This document shows, piece after piece, positions 25,059 through 35,630 of a stretch of DNA of 64,000 bases. Both the position numbers and the translations under genes were made by a program. The notes beneath the pieces are model-generated. The model worked only from the letters and a program-made list of their open reading frames with translations. It was not told the DNA's origin and did not search any database. How positions within the stretch are numbered: position 1 is the first letter of the stretch; each line of letters begins with the position of its first letter. Source of the stretch: Ylistrum balloti (lineage: Eukaryota); NCBI RefSeq assembly GCF_031769215.1, contig NW_026782004.1, forward strand, positions 186,001-250,000, given 5' to 3'.

Positions 25059-26559
25059 ATGGCAAAGGTTATACGATATATTGGACGTGAAAGCCACTTC
25101 AAAGGAAAGACGATCTTTGAGATTGCTGCGAACTTGAAGTCATGCAAAGGTCGTGTTGTGTACAGAACTAAATGGGCGGCTTCTACAAATCCGGCCAAAA
25201 CTTATGTCATCTTGGAAGACGTGAAGCCAGATCTTTCAAAGGAGGTAAATGAAAACATTTTATCTGTTGGATATAGACTTTCATTTACAGCATAAATATG
25301 TTCTGTGATTTTCATCTCTTTATATAGGTTACAATGTTGCCCGTAGTCCCTGATAGTATTCGGTAAAAGGAAGCGATTCAAGATAGTGCAATTAAAAAAA
25401 ATAGCCAAATAAAAACAACAACAAGATAAGCATCACCACATAATGAAAAAGTGATGAATTGTAATGTACCATTCAAACTTATGCTTGTTATACAATCATC
25501 AACGATATATCTAATGTAAGCTTGAACTGTGGTTCGACACGTACCAAGGGAAGTAACTCAAATAGTTGGGGGCAGAAAATCGGTTGTTGAAACAGTTTTC
25601 TCATTTTATAAACACATGTCATGAACATTTCCTCATTCTTTGCGTTATTTTGGAACTTTATCAGAGGCACCGCTGGGACACATGATAAAAGATGTTCCAG
25701 CACAATGCTTTCAGATTTATTTTTTTTGCTTTATTAACAGCACCTTTTAATGAAAGAAAAAATCCCAGTTCTGATGTATATGGAATAGTGATAAATATTT
25801 TAAGTATAACTGCTTCAGTTAATGTAATATGCATTGTAAAAGTATAACATTTGTATATATATAACACATGTTTCGCTCTGAATTTCCAAAGTTTCATCAG
25901 AAAGATCTTTTGGAAAGATCATCAATTAAAAAACCTTCAAAGGGTGAGTTGTGTTGAACTGCCAAGCAAGCAAATTGTTCTCAAAACCAAAAACTTGAAG
26001 AAAAAAAAAACAGAATGAAAATAAGTTATCACATTTTTCAAATTAAGGGTGCATCAGGGATCACTCTCAGACAAGATTCACATATCATTACCCATGCTTT
26101 CTACTTTATCCAAAAACCTGAATTTCTCTCATAATTTACCATTCTGAGCATTCTAATCATATGATTTAGAATGTATAGCAAGATTGACAGATATATCTAG
26201 TTATACTCTAAGAAGGGCTTGGAAGTTTTCACCTGAATGAGTGTGGTATGTTCTTTTCCTTTTTTCAGAATTTTAAGGGAGGTACTGCCACAGGATACAG
26301 GGTGCATAGAGGACATACATTTGATAAAATTTTCCAGATAGACAGTGGCATGAAACAGGATTGGCACCTGGTACCAAGAGAAGACGAGGAATCTTTCTGT
26401 AAAATTGATCATAAACTTCAGGTTGTTGATAACCGTCCCAAAGTAATGAAGCTTCCCCCAGTGATGGTGGCCAAACTGAAAACATTTGAAACAGAAAAAT
26501 CTCAACTCACAGAAATTCCAATTAAATATAAAAAGAAATCTGGACGGAAACTTCTCTGA
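25059..26559 (+). CDS. MRPS34: Mitochondrial ribosomal protein mS34 (158 aa). Exons 25059-25244, 26269-26559
   Basis: MAKVIRYIGRESHFKGKTIFEIAANL...GRVVYR and ...HRG...QDWHLVPREDEESF...KLPP match recalled invertebrate mS34 motifs (xIKYIGR, G.L, DWxLVP.EE, PP). Phase-0 GT-AG intron. Confidence 0.88.
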
Positions 26560-28646
26560 CAAAACATTGACTTTTTTTTGATGAATGGTACCTTGCCTTG
26601 ATCAGATCACATGCTTATTAATTATGACCAAAACTTAGACAAAAATGATTGTGTTTACAGAAAATTAAGAGTATTAAATATACCCTCAAATGTAGAGATT
26701 CTTATTGTTATGTATTCACACAACAATATGTACAGTATAGCTTCATGCTAGGATGAAGGACTATGCAATTTTATTCAGACAGATAATTTTTATGCATTCA
26801 AGGCCAAGTGGGTAAAAATATTTTAAGCCTTTAATTGGCTTCTTTAATTTTAGATAAACAAGAGGTCCAGGGTTGTATTTTTCCATTACTAGCTGGGATT
26901 AAGTGCTATGAATGTCTTTGAAGAAATACTTTGTTAACCTTGATATACACACATGTATATTTCTGAACATGGTTATACAAGTGATAAAGAAACAGTTTTT
27001 GACTCATGCCCTAACTAAGCCTCAAACTCATAATTTTTGCACCAGATCGCCTAGTCAAGAAATTCAACAACTGCTCAACCAACTAAACTACCCCAAAATC
27101 ATCCCCCCTAAAAAGGATGTTTGGAAGTTTTAACGGTAGACAGCTGGAAATTGTTGACATGATCATAGTGGCAAATTGTCTGTTATATGATATTAACATC
27201 AGTATTGTATATAAATGCATGGATAAAAATTGTACATGATGTTATTGTATATTATTGAAATTGTGCCTGTGTATAGTCAGTTTGGCCAATAGCATGCTAG
27301 GGTAGAGGACTATTAGTTTTGATCAAATATGTGAACAATACCTGCTTTAAAATTCACAGCTGTCAAAGCGAGATTTTGATTAGTTGTGTGTAATTAATAA
27401 TGCCGGTGTCATGGTGTGGTTGTGTTCCATGTTCTGATGTATGAAATCTAGCAATCATTAAGATTTCTTCACATATATGTCATTGTAACTTATCAGTGTT
27501 ATTTTTTGTTAGGATTACGAGATGCACTTCTCACATGCCTATCAGGTCGACCAGCATAGAAGGGACATTTTTTTCTGGTTGACAGGTTTTCCGTCACTGT
27601 GACTTTTCCCGTGTTCGGGTATCGTCTCACCAGCGAACATCAGTGTTCTGGCGACACAAAGAGGTGACCTGCACCCTCCTCAGAGGGGTGGAACCATCAG
27701 TAGTGGTGATCGTTTGATTATACATGTACTAGTTTGGTTTGACAGCTCCAGGGCCATAGAAGTGAATAGTGCATAGGTAGATAAGGTTACATAGCAACAT
27801 GGTGAAGAGAGGATTTCACGACTCGGGAGCACAAGACCAAAAGCAAAAGTTTCTTAGGGAGACTGAAGTTGGTTCTCAGTTCCTAGCTCCATTTAAGGTT
27901 AAACGAAACTGGAGTTTGAATGTGAGTTCAGTATAAAACCAATACCTCTAAGAAAGCTATGGTAGTATTACTTTCTAAATGAAAGGTTTTAGGTTCGAAT
28001 GCTGTACCAAGTTAACACAATATCATGGCCATTCGACTTCTCCTTTTGCCAACATATAAATTTTCTCAAACCATACCAGGATCTGGTTCGCAGTTTCGTT
28101 TTTCTTAAACAGAACTAGGAACTGGGGACTAGCTGTAGACTCAAGTTTCTTATCCCTCTACATACTATAATCACTGTATGTGACACTGTATGAGACAATG
28201 TAATATTTTACAGGTAGCGTATGTAAGAATGAACGATGCATTGACAAAGAGGTTTTTCTGACATCTTAACTATAATTTCAGTATTTGAATACTAGCAAGT
28301 TTGAAAATCAAATTTCACAAATTATGAGAGTTTATTTGTGATTTACACATCAGTACATCGCCACCCTGACCAGGTAAAACAGCGAACATAGTCTTCGAGG
28401 TATATCACAATGGCAGTTTTGGAGACACAATTCGTTAGATTATTTTTGAAATCACAAACTGTTATTATATACATGTAGAAAATTCAGAAATATCTTTAGA
28501 TATATAAATTGGTTACAAAAAACCACATTCCATGTTTTGCTAATAGATTTTTGTAGATATTACTGTAAACGAAAATCCATTTACATACCAATATGAACAA
28601 AAAATCGTAACATTCCACACTACCCAAGTTTTACATAAACCCAACT

Positions 28647-29150
28647 TTACTCAGATCAGACTTTGATGTAAACCTAATGTTACTCAGATCAGACTTTGAT
28701 GTAAACCTAATGTTACTCGGATCAGAGTTTGATGTAAACTCCATGTTACCCACTTCAGAGTTTGATGTAAACTCCATGTTACCCACTTCAGAGTTTGATG
28801 TAAACTCCATGTTACCCACATCAGATTTTGAATTTAACTCCATGTTACCCACATCAGAGTTTGATGTTAACTCCATGTTACCCACATCAGAGTTTGATGT
28901 TAACTCCATGTTACCCACATCAGAGTTTGATATTAACTCAATGTTACCCACCAGGTCAGAGTTTGATGTTAACTCCATGTTACCCACATCAGAGTTTGAT
29001 GTTAACTCCATGTTACCCACCAAACAAGAGTTTGATTGAAACAAGGCATTCCTCAGATCACAGTTTAAACTAAACCATATGTTACCGAGATCACAGTTTG
29101 CTATAAACTCCATGTTACCCACATCAGAGTTTGATGTAAACTTCGGTTGA
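28647..29150. repeat. 33-bp minisatellite (CCATGTTACCCACATCAGAGTTTGATGTTAACT, ~14 units)
   Basis: 33-bp period (28861 to 28894). It explains the overlapping repetitive ORFs at 28631-29209. Confidence 0.92.
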
Positions 29151-29923
29151 GTGTACCAGGGGATGAAATAGAGTATGACAGAGTTATAATGTCCAGTTAT
29201 TATATACACTCAGCAAGTTACCATTGACAATGTTGAAAATGGAGTTCGTCCGTACATGAATTCAAATACGTTTTTTTTTTATCGATTTTGAAACCAATGT
29301 TTACAGAGATGTAATTACCGGTTATATCAGTTATTCAAACTCAGTACAAGTCATGCATTTCTCGGGCTTTTAATAATCTCATTTGTTATGAATCATTTGT
29401 TATGCATTGTCACAATAGATACAAGCATGCATTATATGAAAACATCACGCCTGTCCGGGTTGAAGAGACCATTGGTTACGTGGAGATGAATTCCGTCCAC
29501 ACAATAATGACTTAAATCTATATACTTGAATTGTTACGTGTTTCTATACTTTGCAATAATATAATTTCATCTTATTGATATCAATAACAAGTATGAAATA
29601 ATTTCATGCATGGCTGGTTTTGTAAACAACAGATGCAGCCATTTAGAGATAACTTCCTTGTCCTATGTAATTATCAGTCATTTGACACAATATGAATAGC
29701 GAGTGCTAGATACTTCAATGTTATCAAGGACTTAAAATGTTTTAGTACGTGATATTATGTATTAATCTGAACACAATAGATAAAAGTATGTCAGTTTCAC
29801 AATAGTATACACAGTAAAAGGTTTTACGACGATGTTTCGATTGTTTTGATTGTAAAAGCCGTGTATCTCACTCACACACAGGTTCGCCCTCAGCAACAGT
29901 TTGTTAACGAGACTACAACTTAA

Positions 29924-32900
29924 TCAAACATTCCTTTGACGGCTACTATGAGCCCTGTTGGAATCGTATGTTTTCATTCTGTCCGCACGTCCGTCCTCCC
30001 AGAGTTGGTGTTCGTCCGGATCCATCAGACACCTCATCACCTCCCGCATGAGGTCGTCACAGTCGCCGAATACACGCGATCCAAGCTGGTTTCCAGAGTT
30101 GTCTATTTCGAAACACTTCACATCGTACGCCGTTACCTGTCTGGAAGTCAAATTTATTTATGATTTGCAAAAGATTTATTTTCTCAAAGAAAACATATAG
30201 TGTGAGATAGATAATGCATGACGGTTGTCTGATTTGATCATTTACTGTATTCGTGAATTTCATTTTAAGAAACAAAATGCAGGGTTAAAAAACGGTTGTA
30301 TTTGCACGTCTAATCCATTTAACAACGAACCACAAAGGAAAAAAAGTTAAGACAATTTACTTAAACTACTCACCGATTACAGATTGCTAGTCGTAGTGGT
30401 TCTTTGTCCGTTTGTATAAGACTGTTAGCTGGTGATACGAGCAGACTTGAACCTAGGACTAGTATAAATGTAGCCATTTCTGCCTGTGCCATTGCGCCAC
30501 CGAGAACCTCTTCGTCTAATGTGTCACCGAATTTGACAATGGTACTCCGCATATAACCACCGCAGTTCTGAGAAGAAAAAAAAAAACACAATTGAGAAAC
30601 TGCATCTGCTTATCTGGAATAATCTTACGTATTTTTGCTTATCATAAGGATTTTGGATTTGAATTTTAAGACTATAAAAAATAAAAGTGATTATAAAAGT
30701 GTTTGATTGGAAAGCAGATGTCTGTTTATATTATATATTAACATGTTTGAGTAATTGGGTGATACAAATATTGAACAGACTACCTTTTCAGCACATCGTC
30801 GACCAGTTCGATGATTGCATTTGCACATCTCGCAAATAGTCGGCGGGATAGATGCGTCTGTCGGCCCTTTTCGATATCCATGATGTAATTCACTAGTCGT
30901 GCCGCAGGATTCACATTTTTCTATGAAGCTGTTACCATGGAGTTCGGACAACTTGCTTTCAGGAATGCCAGAGAGTCGGTGCAGACCGTCCGTGTTCTGG
31001 CTGATTACGTGCTTCACGTGACCCATGTCCAGAAGTTTGACCAAAGCTTCGTGTGTGTAGGTCGGTCGAATGTCCTCAATTCGAGGACCACGACTTTTAG
31101 CAGTTGCTGCACCTGCTTGTAAGAATCAATAAAGGTATTCGGTCCTTTCATGATAAATTCATGATAGCAATCGGAGTTTTGCAAGATTCAAGGACATTGC
31201 TGTCCAAGAAGAACTGCTCATATATTTAATATAAATGTTCGTTCAGTTATATGTATGTCTTAATTCCTGCTGAAGCATGAGAATACAATAAGTGTTCTTT
31301 TTATTCCATTATGTATGATTTTTTTCTGCAAGGAAAATGTCACTTATGTAATTGTGATATAAAATCTGAATCTAACGCTACCCATACAAGCATGATATTA
31401 TTTGTAAACAGACAGGAGGTTTACCATTGTTTTTGTCCTGGTTTGTCCACTTGCCGTTGATGCCTCTGTAATCCCCAGCACCTGTAGGTGTTGATATCCC
31501 AGATCCTAGTAAAACAAACAGACACCTTCTTAGTAGAATAGAAGCTCTTATTACACAACCAGTGGAAGATTAGAGTGTGACGTTTCGATGACTACATGGT
31601 CACCTCCATGAGACTGTGGAGAGCACTGGCACTGACGTAAGCACCATACGTGATGGTAAGGAATCGACCAACTTTTACCGCTGTACTCTAATCCTATGTA
31701 CACTAAGGTCTAAAATAGTGTGACGAGATGGTATACAGATTATAGACCAAAAATCACGCCAGATGGTAACAACATCGATGACCAAGTGCTAAACAAAGCG
31801 TAGCCGAATTGACTACAGTGTATTGTTACCATGTATTGCTTTTTTGGTATGAAATATGTGTACCATCTCGTCACACTATTTTAGATTATAGTGTATATAG
31901 GATTAGAGTTCAGCGGTAAAATAGGTTGATTCTTCACCATCTCGCACACTACGTACGTCAGTTTACACTGGTCATTTGTCTGATGAAGGTGACCGTGTAG
32001 CCATCGAAACGTCATACTCTGCCACTGGTTGTGCTATAAGAACTTCTATTCTATTGACATTACCAACCTGAACGGGAAAAAGACACCATCTGACTATGAG
32101 GTATATCATAAATTTGAATTTGAAAGGCAGTAGCGCCATCGCAAATATGTTATTGAACTGGCCACAGTAAGATGATTAAAAAATTTCAGTACGTACCAGT
32201 AAACACTATAGAATATTTACACTTCCTCAGCATGGAAGCTATCCTCTTAGCTTCTCTCTTTAACGTGACGTCAGAGTTATAAAATTCCACTGTCAAAGAT
32301 GCCTCGGCCACTAGCAGTTTCTCCAGCTCTGTTATGTGCGTGTTACATGAACCTTGGTTTTCAGGTGTGACATGGTTGTTGCTTTTTACGTTGTTACTGT
32401 TTTGCAAGTTGTTATCTGATTTCGACTTTTTGGTTGCTGCCTCCCGCATGGTCTTCCAACATTTCATGTGAAATTTCGCCTCTCCATTGACGTCCCAGAC
32501 AGCGAGCATTTCCGCTAAATTTATATAACAATGAAGGTCAGTTTGTTGGGCATTTGTTTGATATCTGAAGTGACTACCATTAACCAATTAGATATCCCTC
32601 TCTTTATAGTCATAGATAAATCGGCTGAAAGATATATCAATACATTTAAAAGTAAATAGTAAAGTAAATAAAAGAGTAGATATATTTATGTTATGAACTC
32701 AATACATAATATATTTACTATTATTTACACAGGAACATATCTTAGCATTGCCTCTGACACAAGCATTGATAAAAATCTTGTTTGAATGTAATTTGTATGC
32801 ATGAAATTCATTTTGTGCCGATAATCTACCATACAATGCTATGCTTACCTTCCTTGGCGTTGAACCCGCCCTCCTTGCGCTGTTAATCTACCTTACAATG

Positions 32901-33111
32901 CTATGCTTACCTTCCTTGGCGTTGAACCCGCCCTCCTTGCGCTGGTAATCTACCATATAATGCTATGCTTACCTTCCTTGGCGTTGAACCCGCCTTCCTT
33001 GCGCTGATAAGGTGCTCGAACATGGACTTTATTGTCACTTGGCTTTAGACTTTTATTACTACACATTTTCAGGCAACAGAAAGTGTTGTTGAGCACAGAA
33101 ACGGACGCCAT
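29924..33111 (-). CDS. Class IV (SIRT6/SIRT7-like) NAD-dependent deacylase, 425 aa. Exons 33111-32973, 32514-32197, 31505-31425, 31112-30784, 30567-30374, 30140-29924
   Basis: GT-AG introns with consistent phases (1,1,1,0,2). Sirtuin motifs: [38 protein letters not shown] (catalytic His), CxxC...HRTGRRC..xCGG, TIVKFGD, VLGSSL.V.PA, ICNRQ. Orthology to a named SIRT gene is not established. Confidence 0.92.
31534..32053. mobile_element. Inverted (head-to-head) pair of hammerhead-motif repeats in sirtuin intron 2
   Basis: Outer ends TAGAATAGAA/TTCTATTCTA. About 200-bp arms are complementary with some mismatches, plus inner IRs (atggtaacaa/ttgttaccat). The same family occurs at 23564-23860. Confidence 0.85.
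31977..32016 (+). ncRNA. Minimal type-I hammerhead ribozyme motif (PLE/retrozyme type)
   Basis: TGT-CTGATGA-A-GGTGAC-CGTGTA-GCCATC-GAAA-C-GTC|ATA: complete core, 5/6-bp stem II, palindromic loop-less stem III (ACGU), GUC cleavage triplet, and only a 3-bp stem I. Confidence 0.65.
32822..33005. repeat. 62-bp tandem triplication spanning the sirtuin exon-1 donor site
   Basis: Minus-strand CGCAAGGA(A/G)GGCGGGTTCAACGCCAAGGAAG|gtaagcatagcatt occurs three times; donors at 32972, 32910, 32848. Confidence 0.95.
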
Positions 33112-33332
33112 TATTCTTTTACTGAAAGATTTAAATACTTGTATGAAACTAAACCATTTTTTAGATGGACCGTAGACGATCTTAACAATGTGTCGTATCC
33201 AGACTGCAGTGTTATTTGCATTTTAGTTTCAGAATTATGCAATTATTGGAAATGTTTCCCTCCGAGTATGTATTTTTCTGCAAATTGTGGTTTATAAGAA
33301 CAATATTTAGTATGTATATCATACACAGCGTA

Positions 33333-33340
33333 TGACGTCA
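33333..33340. promoter_or_regulatory. Palindromic CRE (TGACGTCA) ~220 bp upstream of the sirtuin ATG
   Basis: Exact match only. Confidence 0.3.
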
Positions 33341-34684
33341 GAACTATTTCGCATACATTACACGACAGGGCAATTGCGAGTAATGGTGACCAACCGTACC
33401 AGACTAAACTAGATGCGAGTAACGGAAGTGTCTGTAAGCGTCTGTAAAGTTTGTCCCCCTTTTTTTGGAAGTTATCTCTTTTGAGGAACAATGCGATTAC
33501 AGATACACGTACGTATGCTCTATTTGCATATGATAAAGCTGAATGATGATAATGTTTGTGTTTCAATAACCACCCAAAACTTTGTTCAATGCCATGCATG
33601 GATACCAATTAGAATTTTACCCTCCCTTTTCCATGTTCGTGAGAAGTGACTAATCTTTTGAATGTTTTAAACAGAAGCGTCTGTTTAACAACTAATGAGA
33701 CACTGCCTCACATGTAACGTCCCAACAAACTCGACACAGTCAAAAACAGGGATGGTAATGTCGCTCAACATTGAAAAGGATGTACAAGAACTAGCGGACC
33801 ATTGTTAGTATAATATAATCAACGCGGCATACTTATATGTCAACGTCACACCGTTTCAGTGTGATGACACTATAAACGTGTCAACAATAATTCAAAACAA
33901 ACAAATGAATTGATCTTTTTAAGCTAGATAGATATGTATATCTATTATCAGGTATGTAACCACGAAGTCCGCCAGGTCACTTTAGATAACTGAAACCTAA
34001 ATTTATTATATGACGCTACAAGAATTGAATTCGTCCCAGACTGATTAATAAGATACATAGTTAAGACTGTTGACTAGCTGATATTTGACAATAATTGTTT
34101 TCTTTAATTCTAGTAATAATGAAATCACACCATATATGTACATATATGTATAACTGATACAACACGACAGATGCTGTCTTTTGCTAACTCATACTAGATG
34201 GTAGTCACTATCAAATAATCCTCATTTGTTTAGTATTAAAATATGGACACAATTTTATATTATTTCTCCAGTTTTCAGATATAGTTATATAGCAATGTAA
34301 TGTTACTTACCTGGCTGACTTGATCCTCGATATCCCGACTGACTGTATACACACTGTCATGTGGATATATACATGTTCTAAAAATAGACATGAGGCAGTG
34401 TTCACACTATTCCTAGTCAATGTTCTATTTCCGTCGTAAAACATTTCTAGCCCCACTATCTTATCTATTACCAGGAATTAATTTCAGATAAAATGATATT
34501 ACAATATGAAATGTTGGTATATATTAAGGAATGACGGTAATGTCGATTTGTCGGAATTCAATTAATCACTCTTTACACAGAATACGTGTGTTGCACTCGG
34601 AAATTGAATTCTAGTGTCCTTTAGAGAGAAAATAACTGGTTTTGGAAAAAAACAACGGAGTAAACCCAGAACCTTTGCTGTGAT

Positions 34685-35630
34685 CATATGTCTTGTCAGC
34701 TTGGTAGAAAAATATGTCTTGTCAGCTTGGTAGAAAAATATGTGTCTTGTCAGCTTGGTAGAAAAATATATGTCTTGTCAGCTTGGTAGAAAAATATATG
34801 TCTTGTCAGCTTGGTAGAATAATTTATGTCTTGTCAGCTTGGTAGAAAAATATGTGTCTTGTCAGCTTGGCAGAAAAAACATATGTCTTGTCAGCATGGT
34901 GCAGAATAATGTCTTGTTGACTTGGTAGAATAAAATATGTCTTGTCAGCATGGTATAAAAATATAGATATCTTGTCAACGTAGTAGAAAAAGATATGTCT
35001 TGTCGGCTTGGTAGGAAAAGATATGTCTTGTCAGCTTGGTAGAAAAATATATGTCTTGTCAGCTTGGTAGAACAAATATATGTCTTGTCAGCGTAGTAGA
35101 AAAAGATATGTCTTGTCAGCTTGGTAGGAAAAGATATGTCTTGTCAGCTTGGTAGAAAAATATATGTCTTGTCAGCTTGGTAGAACAAATATATGTCTTG
35201 TCAGCTTGGCAGAAAAAAAATGTCTTGTCCGCTTGGCAGAAAAAAACATATATCTTGTCAGCTTGGTGGAGAATGATGTCTTGTCAACTTGGTAGAAAAA
35301 CTATAATTTCTTGTCAGTATGGTATAAAAATATATGTCTTGTCAGCGTGGTAGAATACTATACAATGGAGTAACCTGAGAACCTTTGTTGTGACCATATG
35401 TCTTGTCAGCTTGATAGAAAGATATGTCTTGTCAGCTTGATAGAAAAATATGTCTTGTCAGCTTGGTAGGAAAAGATATGTCTTGTCAGCTTGGTAGAAA
35501 AATATGTCTTGTCAGCTTGATAGAAAAATATGTCTTGTCAGCTTGATAGAAAAATATGTCTTGTCAGCTTGATAGAAAAATATGTCTTGTCAGCTTGATA
35601 GAAAAATATGTCTTGTCAGCTTGTTAAATA
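34685..35630. repeat. 26/28-bp minisatellite (TATGTCTTGTCAGCTTGGTAGAAAAA), ~32 units
   Basis: Directly visible. The flank motif ggagtaa..agaacctttg.tgtga.catatg recurs at about 34655 and 35368. Confidence 0.95.

Noticed and set aside
25445-25780. GTGATGA C-box in the MRPS34 intron, as a C/D snoRNA
   Set aside because: No D-box or terminal stem at a plausible distance.
27512-27670. Acceptor-like site with short open frames downstream of MRPS34, as an extra last exon
   Set aside because: No donor precedes the MRPS34 stop, and no similarity to recalled mS34 C-termini.
33243-33608. 121-aa minus-strand ORF with a hydrophobic stretch upstream of the sirtuin
   Set aside because: No recognisable motif or convincing splice sites; it lies in the probable first intron or promoter of the sirtuin. 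Treated as a chance ORF, but BLASTP would settle it.
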